Numbered from the stretch's first letter, positions 1 through 11,415 are shown. The stretch is 64,000 nucleotides of DNA from Schmidtea polychroa (GCA_044892525.1 CM097885.1:6078001-6142000); one strand, 5' to 3'. The notes: generated from the letters alone by a model not told the origin. Numbers and translations are program-made.

Positions 1-2208
1 ATTTTCTTGTCTAAAGTCCTAAATAAATTGAAATAAAATCCAAAATACCACGCAAAATAAATAGATTGCTGGGGGACACCAGGACCCCCCTTTTTGGGTT
101 ACACAAGTAGAATGGAATGGATTTTAAGATTTTTTTTAATATTTTAAACAGTTTCTTGTCTAAAGTCCTAAATAAATTGAAATAAAATCCAAAATACCAC
201 GCAAGATACAGAGATTGCTATGGGACACCAGGACCCCCCTTTTTGGGTTACACAAGTAGAATGGAATGGATTTTAAGATTTTTTTCAAATATTTTAAATA
301 TTTTCTTGTCTAAATTGCTAAATAAATTGAAATAAAATCCAAAATACCACGCAAGATAAATAGATTGCTGGGGGACACCAGGACCCCCTTTTCGGTTACA
401 CAAGTAGAATGAAATGGATTTTAAGATTTTTTTTAGTATTTTAAACATTTTCTTGTCTAAAGTCCTAAATAAATTGAAATAAAATCCAAAATACCACGCA
501 AGATACAGAGATTGCTGGGGGACACCAGGACCCCCTTTTTGGTTACACAAGTAGAATGGAATGAATTTTAAGATTTTTTTTAATATTTTAAACAGTTTCT
601 TGTCTAAAGTCCTAAATAAATTGAAATAAAATCCAAAATACCACGCAAGATACAGAGATTGCTATGGGACACCAGGACCCCCCTTTTTGGGTTACACAAG
701 TAGAATGGAATGGATTTTAAGATTTTTTTCAAATATTTTAAATATTTTCTTGTCTAAATTGCTAAATAAATTGAAATAAAATCCAAAATACCACGCAAGA
801 TAAATAGATTGCTGGGGGACACCAGGACCCCCTTTTCGGTTACACAAGTAGAATGAAATGGATTTTAAGATTTTTTTTAGTATTTTAAACATTTTCTTGT
901 CTAAAGTCCTAAATAAATTGAAATAAAATCCAAAATACCACGCAAGATAAATAGATTGATGGGGGACACCAGGACCCCCCTTTTTGGGTTACACAAGTAG
1001 AATGGAATGGATTTTAAGATTTTTTTTAATATTTTAAACAGTTTCTTGTCTAAAGTCCTAAATAAATTGAAATAAAATCCAAAATACCACGCAAGATACA
1101 GAGATTGCTATGGGACACCAGGACCCCCCTTTTTGGGTTACACAAGTAGAATGGAATGGATTTTAAGATTTTTTTCAAATATTTTAAATATTTTCTTGTC
1201 TAAATTGCTAAATAAATTGAAATAAAATCCAAAATACCACGCAAGATAAATAGATTGCTGGGGGACACCAGGACCCCCTTTTCGGTTACACAAGTAGAAT
1301 GAAATGGATTTTAAGATTTTTTTTAGTATTTTAAACATTTTCTTGTCTAAAGTCCTAAATAAATTGAAATAAAATCCAAAATACCACGCAAGATAAATAG
1401 ATTGATGGGGGACACCAGGACCCCTTTTTGGTTACACAAGTAGAATGGAATGGATTTTAAGATTTTTTTTAATATTTTAAACAGTTTCTTGTCTAAAGTC
1501 CTAAATAAATTGAAATAAAATCCAAAATACCACGCAAGATACAGAGATTGCTATGGGACACCAGGACCCCCCTTTTTGGGTTACACAAGTAGAATGGAAT
1601 GGATTTTAAGATTTTTTTTAGTATTTTAAACATTTTCTTGTCTAAAGTCCTAAATAAATTGAAATAAAATCCAAAATACCACGCAAGATAAATAGATTGC
1701 TGGGGGACACCAGGACCCCCTTTTTGGTTACACAAGTAGAATGGAATGAATTTTAAGATTTTTTTTAATATTTTAAACAGTTTCTTGTCTAAAGTCCTAA
1801 ATAAATTGAAATAAAATCCAAAATACCACGCAAGATACAGAGATTGCTATGGGACACCAGGACCCCCCTTTTTGGGTTACACAAGTAGAATGGAATGGAT
1901 TTTAAGATTTTTTTCAAATATTTTAAATATTTTCTTGTCTAAATTGCTAAATAAATTGAAATGAAATCCAAAATACCACGCAAGATAAATAGATTGCTGG
2001 GGGACACCAGGACCCCCCTTTTTGGTTACACAAGTAGAATGGAATGGATTTTAAGATTTTTTTTAGTATTTTAAACATTTTCTTGTCTAAATTGCTAAAT
2101 AAATTGAAATAAAATCCAAAATACCACGCAAGATAAATAGATTGCTGGGGGACACCAGGACCCCATTTTTGGGTTACACAAGTAGAATGGAATGGATTTT
2201 AAGATTTT
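1..2208. repeat. Tandem satellite, ~149-bp monomer, about 15 copies, running off the left edge
   Basis: The unit TTTCTTGTCTAAA...GAAATAAAATCCAAAATACCACGCAAGATA...GGGACACCAGGACCCCC...GGTTACACAAGTAGAATGGAATGGATTTTAAG recurs about every 149 bp. The ORF-track ORFs at 248/692/1138/1493 are repeat artefacts. Confidence 0.97.
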
Positions 2209-4414
2209 CTTCCGATTTATATACAATTTCTCACTAAACTTTCTTATTAAAATTAAAATACAGAAAAATGAAACCGAAATGTACCGAACAACTTGTAAAA
2301 ATTATCGAGGAGTCAATGAGCATTTTGTTTACAAAAATAAATAAAAATTGAATTTTTTAAAAGATTTTTAAGATTTTTTTTTCATATTTTCAAATCAAAA
2401 CTATCCAAAAACATTATAAAAATAAAAAAAAATAACAACAGCGATAGCGCTCGCCTTCAGATAGAAATTTATCGATTTTTAATAAAGAAAAATGTCAGAC
2501 GCATTCAATATGAAGATAAATGCATAATTATCACGTAATAAATTATTGGAATTGTCTGAGAGTAATTTAATCCAAATGAAATCCGGATTATGAAGACAAT
2601 TCCAAACGCGCGTCAATTGTGTGCAACAGATCAATTTTCACACTCACTCAGATTTTCCTTCAAATATTTACATAAATATTACGATTACGTTATTTTAATT
2701 CAATAATTTCTCATCTTACAAATATTTTTCAGTTTATAAGCTTCATTTACAAAATATACATGACTATTAATAATTCAATTAAAATAGTTAAATTACTTAA
2801 AAAATAAATTATATTACAAAATTTAAAAAAAAATCCGAATAAGAAATTATTATGCTCTTTAAATTATATTTTATTTATAAAATTACAAATACTTACTTGA
2901 GTTAAATCACTGAGAGACCCGGAGTGAGGTTTCCTACTTTCTGAGTCATTTTGACTTTTTAAATAATCACTTGACTCTACCATTACAGATAATCTGTTCA
3001 TGATTAAAATTTATCTAAAATAGAAAAATTAAATTTAAATAGTTTACATGGATTTTTAATCTCAAAAAATTTGAAGTGTGCTGAACTAATCAAATTTAAT
3101 TATTTGCACACTTTAATGATTCAACTAAATTTACTACTGTATGCTAAAATTATAATTATGAAATGAAAAATTACAGTGAACTAATAATTTAAATCCTACA
3201 GTATTAACTTAAAAATAACTCTGTGTGGTAAGTTTTAACACCAAAAAAACATATATCATTGTTAGAAAGAAATTAATGATTAAAATAAAATAATTTTTAG
3301 AATTGTAGTAAAATTATAATACATTTAGAAAGCTAACTATTATTTTCAAAATAAGTATTTATTTAAACACATTTAAAATTACAGATAAAGAATGAAGTAA
3401 TTTAATAATCCTACAAAACAAAGGTTGATAAAGAATTAAAACAATAGTTTATTAAATATAACCTCAAATCAAAGTTAACAAGATTGGTTTATATCTATCT
3501 ATTGTAAAAATATACCCTTTTCATTTTAGAATGTTTTCGTTAAAAAAAATTATCAAAGCAAATTTTTAGTAAAAATTTAGCTCACAAAAAATTTGCCAAA
3601 TTTATTTATTCACAATTAAATATAGAAAGCCTTTAATATTGCAAAAGATAAGATTGTATTTTCGTATAAATTATACTAATTCATAACAATCTTAGAAATT
3701 GCAGTGTGAGTGAACTCTTATGTTTGGAGAAGCACACATTTACAGACTCCTTACAGATATCAGAAGAGAGTAATGGGTTATAATCTTTTGTGTCTTAATT
3801 TAATTTTTAATAAGTTAACGCGTTCGTATAGCAACATTCTTACCTAAATGACGACTTTTGTTTGAAGACCCCATCTCAGTAAAATGTTAGTTCTGTGCTA
3901 CACATATCTTGGGTATTTAAGTAAAAGTTATCTCCGTAACCAAGAATGTAAAATTTAACTTAAGTACGAGCTCATAACGAACTATAAAAGTGTTGGTACT
4001 TAGAAAGGTGTTGTTTAAATCTTCTAGGATTGCTGATAGATTTGCTATTAACTCTTTTCTAAACATCTTCATGACTATTTTACTTTATACCTGCCGTGCA
4101 CACATGGCAACAATAATGTCGGTAATGTACATAGTGGCTGAAAATCATTGAGCAGCTGAATCTCATTACTAGAACTACTCTTCTTATTGCATTTTCACTT
4201 TCGAGTTTGTGACTGCCGAAAGAAAGTCTCTTTATCATTATGGTAAAGAACTCCAGTCGAAAATTCTTAGCAATTAGCAATAGTAGAAACTCTATTTTTT
4301 GACAATTAATATTTATAGTAATTTAAATTTAATAATATGAGATAATAGTATTTATAGTGATTTAAAATTATTATTTTTAAATATGAAGGAGAACGTAGTA
4401 GTATAAATATTGAT

Positions 4415-4417
<3 letters not shown>

Positions 4418-4469
<52 letters not shown>
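4418..4469. repeat. (GA)n microsatellite
   Basis: Directly visible. Confidence 0.95.
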
Positions 4470-4470
<1 letters not shown>

Positions 4471-6476
4471 CAAGGGAACAAAAGGGCAGTTCTGTTATTA
4501 GAATATATTCTGTTTAGCGGAGAAAGTTTATATTACATTCAATTTGTTTGGTAATTTTATATAGCTCGTGTTCTAAATCGATTTTTGTTGTCATATCCTA
4601 ATGTTTCAACATAATCATTTCATTGTTTGCTACATATTGGAACTATTTATTTGTCCTCTTGTTGGAATTTAATCAGAAAGGTTTTCAGTTGCAAACGGTA
4701 AGCAAAGATATTGCTTTCTTTCATAATTACTCGATCTCAGAGTATCAGTAATTTTTGTTCTATTAATTTAAATAAATCATTAAGAGAAAGTTAGGTAAAG
4801 ATTAATAACCGACCTGGTTTCTATCATCGATAAAATCTTTGGGAATCACCCTTTTGTATTTCATTTTACCTATATCGAGTTGTTGAACCAAATTAGGACC
4901 AGCCTTGATACTTTGAAATACTCTGAAGGACTTTTTAAAATAACCGAAAGCTTTTCTTTAGAGACACATAATCATTGTATATCTTTTTACTATTTGTAAA
5001 TTTAATATAATAATAAAATTTTAAACCCTATTTAGTCATTTATTTCGAAATATTTTTATGCTCATATATTTGGAGTGGGATCTGTAGCCTGAGTAAATCT
5101 GGGGTGCTAAGAGCTTTTGCAGAGCTTCGGTTTGTGAAGGGGTGAATTTGGAAATAATAAAGGTCTATTGTTTATAGATTTTCTGCGTCTAGGGAAACAG
5201 CGATTTTTAGGGTAAGTTCGGATATCAATTCGACAGGTAAGCTGTGAAGGAGATGATCTGCATGTTGGGGTAGAACCGAGAATTGAAAGTTTGTTTTAAA
5301 GATTCGAAAATACATAACATAAAAACCGCACCAAGTTGAATTAACATCTATGACCATACACCAAATAATGCAAAGTAAAGTACACGATACATGGGGAACA
5401 AATGAAACATGCATAATAAAATCAAGAACCGTAAGAAGTTGCAATCTCCAACACAGTGAAAAGAAATATCGCATTTGAAAAATCTACCAACTAGAAAATA
5501 AAATAATGATAAATAAAATAATCGGTAATAAATTAATTAATAATATGAAAATGTTCTAAATAAATAAACTTAAAATTGAAACGAAAATATCCAGAAAACT
5601 GATAAAATAATAAAAATTAAAGTAAAATTAGTTGAAAATATGTAAATTATAAAATTTATTAAATCGTTAAAAATAATAAAAATTAAAATAAAATTAGTTA
5701 ACATTATGTAAATTATAAAATTATAGAATTAAATGGTTAAAATTAAGAAAAAATTAAAATAAAATTACCTAAAATTATTTAAATTATAAAATATGCGAAA
5801 TTAAATTGTTGAAATTAATAAAAATTTAATTAATTAATTAATTAAATCAATTAAATTAAAAATAAATAATTACGCACACTCATGTGTGCTTGCAAAAGTA
5901 ATTCAAATTTTACTGCATTCTGATTGGATTTAGTGGCAGAGAATGCATGGATGCACAGTTAAAATCAGTATAAATATTGATTGCAAATTCCGTTGGATCT
6001 GCTCGGAGACCTCCCGACGGGTTCGTCGCTGTTATTTTTATGAATTTTATTGAATTATGAACGGTGATAAAGTAAGTGGGATCGGTTGGAAGTCGATAAG
6101 GCTTATGTTTGGTTAATAGTATTGAATTTACGAGTGGTTATGAAATCAAATAAGTTAAAGTTGGAAATATAGGCAGTAGTGTGGTTATATACCCAACCAA
6201 AACAGCCCCCCAACAAAAAAATGCCTCCAAATCACTTAAGCTATTAGAAAAACAACCTAAAACTTATACTTTTATAGTATTTTAACCCTATATTTTGAAA
6301 ACAACCACCCTTAATGACTCTAACTGTTTTAATCTTTAAAGCCTCAAACTCAAAAGCTTCAAACTAAAAAGAGAATAGAAAAGAAAATGGCATTATGAAA
6401 AAGTTAGAGGGCTATTTGATCTTTATCAGATTATTGATTTTAAATTATATAAATTAAAAAATAAATGAAAAATAGT

Positions 6477-6538
6477 AAAACTGCTCTGAGGGGACAGTGG
6501 TATTTTTTTTTTTTTTTCACTGTCCCCTCAACAGTTTT
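6477..6538. other. Inverted repeat/hairpin with perfect 13-bp stem and T-rich loop
   Basis: TGAGGGGACAGTG (6487-6499) / CACTGTCCCCTCA (6518-6530), extended by AAAACTG/CAGTTTT. Confidence 0.85.
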
Positions 6539-7012
6539 TTTTGATCCGGATCATTTTTTTTATTTATCAACCTCTTTCGTTTATCGAATCTCTTCCAATA
6601 TACAAGCTGGCCAGACTCATACATCAGAATCAATCCGATAATAGCAGCACACCTTATTATTCGCTTCTCGCTCACGAAGTCGATTTCATCGGCGTTTTAA
6701 GTGTGCTGCTCGAAAGTACAAATAAATTCGAAAGCGAATTCGAAAGAGGTCCGAAAACAACTGAGAAATAAATGTGCACATTACCGGGATCGATCCGGGG
6801 GTGTTCGAAAGACAGGTGGCGATAATTACCGGTTCGCCACCATCACCCGTTTCAATATTTTTTTTTCATATTTATGTTTAAAAAATAATTAATTAATAAA
6901 AAAATAAAATAAAATAAAATAAATAAAATAAAATATACAAGTACTTTATAAATATAAGATACCCACACTATTTTCAATATTATTTTCAAATTTTTAATAT
7001 TATTTTATGTTG

Positions 7013-7095
7013 AAAAAAAAACTAACCTCAGATGTGATTTGAACCGCTATCCATTTGAACCACTGTGCCGGTCTAGCCCACTGCGCTATCTAGGA
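7013..7095 (-). ncRNA. tRNA-like Pol III unit 1
   Basis: Minus strand: A box TAGCGCAGTGG (7078-7088), B box GGTTCAAATC (7036-7045), terminal stem CCTAGAT/ATCTGAGG, T-run at 7013-7021. Confidence 0.6.
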
Positions 7096-7341
7096 TTGGA
7101 TTTTTGTCATTTTTAGACTATAAATAATCGATTGAAGTTCTTTAACTCTTTCCTGTAATTGTTTCATTTTCTTCAATCTTATATCAGCAACATCTACAGC
7201 CTTCATATAAAAATGTCGATACTTTTCATTATCTACCATCAACTCTTTGATGTATTCTAATGGTTCTTCTTCTCTTCTTTTCATTCTCTTATGTTTAACT
7301 TCATTCAATTCATTTCTCATTCTTTCTTTTAACTCATCCAT
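7090..7341 (-). CDS. Small charged coiled-coil protein (83 aa), Polinton accessory ORF
   Basis: Intact ORF with AAAAATG start context, E/K/R/L-rich helical pattern, located inside the viral arm. Confidence 0.55.
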   Translation of the reverse strand: MDELKERMRNELNEVKHKRMKRREEEPLEYIKELMVDNEKYRHFYMKAVDVADIRLKKMKQLQERVKELQSIIYSLKMTKIQS

Positions 7342-7503
7342 TTTTATAAATATTTTTTTATTGGATATATTAATTTTTGGTAGCTTAAGTTAAAACGTTT
7401 TTGATCTTAAATTTCAAAGAGTTGCCGTTGACCAATCTCATTAAAAATTTGTACAAGTACTAAATCGAGTATGCTGATCAATATTACGTTAAAAAAAATT
7501 TTG

Positions 7504-7584
7504 AAAAAAAATGACCGAAATGGGATTTGAACCCATTGATATTGGCAATGCAGTCGAGTGCTATTACCACTAAGCTATTAGAGC
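7504..7584 (-). ncRNA. tRNA-like Pol III unit 2 (tRNA-Cys-like 5' half)
   Basis: Minus strand TAGCTTAGTGGTAATAGCACTCGACTGCA..., perfect T-arm AATGGG-TTCAAAT-CCCATT, T-run at 7504-7511. The anticodon stem does not pair. Confidence 0.65.
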
Positions 7585-7745
7585 TATACTCAATATAAAA
7601 TAAGTTGTTAATGTGTGACTATTTATTGATGAAATTGATAATTAATTATTCATTTTCTCGACAACTACCACTCAGATCCATCTGAAAATTTAAATATATA
7701 CTAAAATCAGTACGCTGAATCAGATTCCGTTGAAAAAAAATATCG

Positions 7746-7827
7746 AAAAAAATTGACCAAAATCGAAAATTGAACCCGGTACTCCCGGTGATAAAATTGA
7801 AGCCTATTCCCACTCCGCTATAATGGC
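7746..7827 (-). ncRNA. tRNA-like Pol III unit 3
   Basis: Minus strand A box TAGCGGAGTGG (7810-7820), B-box-like GGGTTCAATT (~7768-7777), T-run at 7746-7752. Downstream flank resembles that of unit 2. Confidence 0.55.
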
Positions 7828-7883
7828 TTACAAAATATATTTAATTAATCCTATTGTGTGTGTGTAAATTTAAATATATAAAA

Positions 7884-9176
7884 ATGAATAATATAAATCT
7901 TAAAATTCAAGAAAAAAATAAATTAAATCTTGATTATAATAAAGAATTTACTCATGAAATCAAGAAAAACGATGTACTTAAAATCTCCCCAACTTCAGGA
8001 TCTATTGCAAACTTAAATCGTAGGGGTGATATAGTTTTTCAATCTCTTCAAACATCAAACCCTATAGATATTTGTAATGCCAAATTATATTATAAAATCG
8101 AATTAGAAATTGAAGCAAACAAAGATATAACCCTAGAAAATAATTTCTTTCCAAATTTATTCTCCAACATGAGATTAAAACTAGGATCATCAGAAATTGA
8201 AACTGTTTTGCATCCGGGAGTATATTCTACAATGTTAAATTTTATTTTGACTGGTTGTGATTATAAAAACGAATATGGTGAATTAACAGGTTGGATTCCT
8301 GATGTTAATAAAGGGGATTTAGATAAAGATGGTTTAGATGTAAACAATGGTTACCATAAAAGAGCTGAACTTTATAAATCTAAAAAATTTGAAGGTTATT
8401 TTGAATTAAAACACTTGTTTGGATTCCTTCAAAACTATAATCGTATACTTCATAATGTTTTTATAGAATTCATCTGTAATAGAGTAGAAGGTGATAAAAG
8501 ATTGTTCTATGGAGCTGTAGATACAAAAGCTAAATTAAAATTATCAACACTTGAATTACATATACCTGAATGGACATTAAACCCACATTCTGAGATTAAA
8601 CTCCTTGAAAGATTAAATTCCAACAAGTCTATAAATGTAAATTATTTAAATAGAATCTGTAGTGAATTTAGTATGACAGAGGGTTCAACATATTCTATAA
8701 AGGTAGCAAATTTAGCATACCGACCAAGATATATCTTGATTGGATTCAAAGAAGTAGATTCATCTTTCCAAAAAAATAACAATCTATTTATTCAAAAGAT
8801 TGGAGTTGATAATTTAAAAACAATCCAAATTCAATTAAATAGTTCTTATTATCCAATAAATAGAATGGAATTTAATATTGAAAATAATGAAAACATATTC
8901 CCATATCTAAATTATATTGAAACATGTTATGATTTCAAAGTTGAACCGCAATTAAGTTTAGAAGATTTCAAAAATTTATATTCTATATTTTGTATAAATG
9001 TTTCAGACCAAGATGATCGCCTAGCCATAAATAATGTTGATGTTACACTTCATGTAACAAAGGATTCTAATTTTAAAGCTAAAGTATATACATTAATATT
9101 AGAAGAAAAGAAAATAGAAATGAAATTATATGGTGGAAAGATTTCAATAATCGAAAATGTTAGGGGAGATTCTTGA
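7884..9176 (+). CDS. Double jelly-roll major capsid protein (Polinton/adintovirus hexon-like)
   Basis: ~430 aa, beta-rich; motifs NNFFPNLFS...IE, LKHLFGF, RPRYILIGF, I.LNSSYYP, LYSIFCINVS typical of Polinton MCPs; adjacent to ATPase, protease and penton. Likely ATG at 7884. Confidence 0.8.
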   Translation: MNNINLKIQEKNKLNLDYNKEFTHEIKKNDVLKISPTSGSIANLNRRGDIVFQSLQTSNPIDICNAKLYYKIELEIEANKDITLENNFFPNLFSNMRLKLGSSEIETVLHPGVYSTMLNFILTGCDYKNEYGELTGWIPDVNKGDLDKDGLDVNNGYHKRAELYKSKKFEGYFELKHLFGFLQNYNRILHNVFIEFICNRVEGDKRLFYGAVDTKAKLKLSTLELHIPEWTLNPHSEIKLLERLNSNKSINVNYLNRICSEFSMTEGSTYSIKVANLAYRPRYILIGFKEVDSSFQKNNNLFIQKIGVDNLKTIQIQLNSSYYPINRMEFNIENNENIFPYLNYIETCYDFKVEPQLSLEDFKNLYSIFCINVSDQDDRLAINNVDVTLHVTKDSNFKAKVYTLILEEKKIEMKLYGGKISIIENVRGDS

Positions 9177-9205
9177 TATAATCCCTGATATTTTAACATT
9201 TTAAA

Positions 9206-10612
9206 ATGTCTCTCTATTGGAGATGTGAAAGTTGTAATTGTCAAGTTACAAGACATCATAAAGCAAGTCATTTAAAAACTAAAAAACATACAGGAGGTGA
9301 TCTAATTCCACGAGCTGGAGGCGATTTGCAATCTTCAAAAACAACATCTTCAATATTAAAACCTTTTACTACAGAAAAATATCCAGGTGAAAGACATTTA
9401 TTTAAACACAACTATACTGGACCAGGAACACGTCTAGATATTAGATTAGATGAAAATAATAATCCCAAACAAGGAGAAGAACCAATAAATAGAATTGATC
9501 AAGCAGCTTTAAAACATGACATTGCATACAATTCAACAAATCTTAGAGATAGACATGTTGCAGATGTGAATTTAATACATGATTTAAATAGTATCCAAAA
9601 TCCATCAACCCAAGAAAAGATTCAAAGAGCTCTAGTTAAATTAGCAATGAAAGGTAAGATTTTCATTGGCTTAGGACACAGTCCGATCACCATGGGTGCA
9701 AGACTTCCTAGGAAAGCAAAAGATGTTGCTTATAAAAAGATTATCGAACAAGCAGAGATTGAAAGATCCCTCGAGAGTACAGCCAAGACTAGTTTACAAA
9801 CCCCAACAGAATCAGAAATAAAATATGCAAAGGAATTACACCATGAATTTAGAAAAAATAAAAAATATTTAAAAGTTCAAGTACATGAAAAAGATCAAAG
9901 ATGGTCTGCAGATTTAGTCTTTATGCCAACCAAATCATCAGACCCTGAAAAATATAAAATAATTTTAACTGTAATAGATTTATATACAAGATTTGCTTTT
10001 GCAAGATGTTTAGAAAATAAAACAGGATATTCTATTACAGAAGCATTTGAAAATATATTTGAAGAAAATCAAAGAATCCCAAAATATTTATGGTGTGATA
10101 AAGGAACAGAATTTTATAACAAAGTTTTTACAAAGTTTTTAAATGAAAATGATATTAAATTATATTCAACAGAAAACGAAGGAAAAGCAGTCGTAGTTGA
10201 AAGATTAAATAGAACATTAAAAAATAAAATGTGGAAATATTTTACTGCTATTGGAAAACAAAAATGGAACAATGAGTTGTTACAAAAGATTGTAAATGAA
10301 TATAATAATGATGTACATAGTTCTATAAAATCAACACCTTTAAATGCTTCCATGAATCCTGAAACCATTAAAGTGGTAAATATTGAAAATGATGTTATTG
10401 AAAAACCAAAGTTTAAAATTGGTGACCGAGTAAGAATATTTAAATATAAAAATAAATTTGAAAAAGGATTCACAGCAAAATGGACAAATGAAATTTTTAT
10501 TATAAATAAAATACATTATGCAACTCCAATAACATTTAGCATCATTGATTTAAATAATGAAAAAATATTAGGTAGATTTTATAATAATGAGTTACAGAAA
10601 ACAGATTTTTAA
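9206..10612 (+). CDS. Fusion protein: C2H2-like Zn finger + parvovirus-type PLA2 + rve (DDE) integrase + C-terminal beta domain
   Basis: CESC-x-H-x5-H; YTGPGT...PINRIDQAALKHDIAY (PLA2 Ca loop and HD); WSADL, IDLYTRF, WCDKGTEF, VERLNRTLK (DDE); KFKIGDRVRI...FEKG...WT.EIF (Polinton integrase C-terminus). Confidence 0.9.
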   Translation: MSLYWRCESCNCQVTRHHKASHLKTKKHTGGDLIPRAGGDLQSSKTTSSILKPFTTEKYPGERHLFKHNYTGPGTRLDIRLDENNNPKQGEEPINRIDQAALKHDIAYNSTNLRDRHVADVNLIHDLNSIQNPSTQEKIQRALVKLAMKGKIFIGLGHSPITMGARLPRKAKDVAYKKIIEQAEIERSLESTAKTSLQTPTESEIKYAKELHHEFRKNKKYLKVQVHEKDQRWSADLVFMPTKSSDPEKYKIILTVIDLYTRFAFARCLENKTGYSITEAFENIFEENQRIPKYLWCDKGTEFYNKVFTKFLNENDIKLYSTENEGKAVVVERLNRTLKNKMWKYFTAIGKQKWNNELLQKIVNEYNNDVHSSIKSTPLNASMNPETIKVVNIENDVIEKPKFKIGDRVRIFKYKNKFEKGFTAKWTNEIFIINKIHYATPITFSIIDLNNEKILGRFYNNELQKTDF

Positions 10613-10623
10613 GTCGACAAGCC

Positions 10624-11415
10624 CTAAAATAAACTTTTCCATATTTCAGCTTCTTCTCTATCCAAATAAATATAATTATATTTTTCTCTCCAATGATTAT
10701 CAACAAACATATCAAACATATTCTTATCAGGTTCAACATTTGAAAATAAATCATTATAAATCATATTCTTATCACGGCGATCTAATTTAAAAAATATAAA
10801 ACAATTAGAATTATTTCTTATAGAGTTTTTATCTAAAGCATAATAAGTTTGAGATATATAAATAACATTACAATTATTATGTCGACCTCGTGTAAAGTAA
10901 CTCTTTTGAATCTCTTGATTTTTCATATTAACAACATCATCAAATATAACTGGATTCTTTTTATCTTTAGGAAGTAAATCACAATGTAAAACATCTTCAG
11001 GTTTATTAGAGAATAAAACTTGAATTGCCTCCTGCCCTTCTTCACAAATATAATCATTTTTATTACTAATATCTGATTCTAAAATCTTTTCCTTATACCA
11101 ATCAACCATATCACAAGGTTGAAAAACTTCTTCAGGACACCTATGTTGATTTTTAAAAATATCAATTATTGCTTTTTTAGTTAATTTATTTTCAAACCCA
11201 CATTTCAAAAGTTGTAATTCTGGTTGATTTATGGTTGTAGAATAAAAGATTAAATTATTATAATCTAAAAAATCATCTTCAAGTAACATTCTCAAAACAA
11301 GTACATTCTTTCCACATCCAGAAGAACCAACAATTAATAATCTAAAATTATCAGGAAATACTTTATTATTAAATTTACTCTTATGTCTATTTAAAATTGG
11401 TTTCCAAATATCCAT
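10624..11415 (-). CDS. A32/FtsK-like DNA packaging ATPase
   Basis: Walker A GSSGCGK, Walker B VIFDD, RGRHNNCNVIYISQ, IRNN. Likely start at Met19 of the track ORF (11415). Confidence 0.92.
   Translation of the reverse strand: MDIWKPILNRHKSKFNNKVFPDNFRLLIVGSSGCGKNVLVLRMLLEDDFLDYNNLIFYSTTINQPELQLLKCGFENKLTKKAIIDIFKNQHRCPEEVFQPCDMVDWYKEKILESDISNKNDYICEEGQEAIQVLFSNKPEDVLHCDLLPKDKKNPVIFDDVVNMKNQEIQKSYFTRGRHNNCNVIYISQTYYALDKNSIRNNSNCFIFFKLDRRDKNMIYNDLFSNVEPDKNMFDMFVDNHWREKYNYIYLDREEAEIWKSLF

Noticed and set aside
248..1735. Repeated ORFs in the satellite / CRISPR-like periodicity
   Set aside because: Monomers are contiguous with no unique spacers and no cas genes; the ORFs are translations of the repeat.
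7504..7584. Bona fide tRNA-Cys gene
   Set aside because: Anticodon and acceptor stems do not pair; kept only as tRNA-like.
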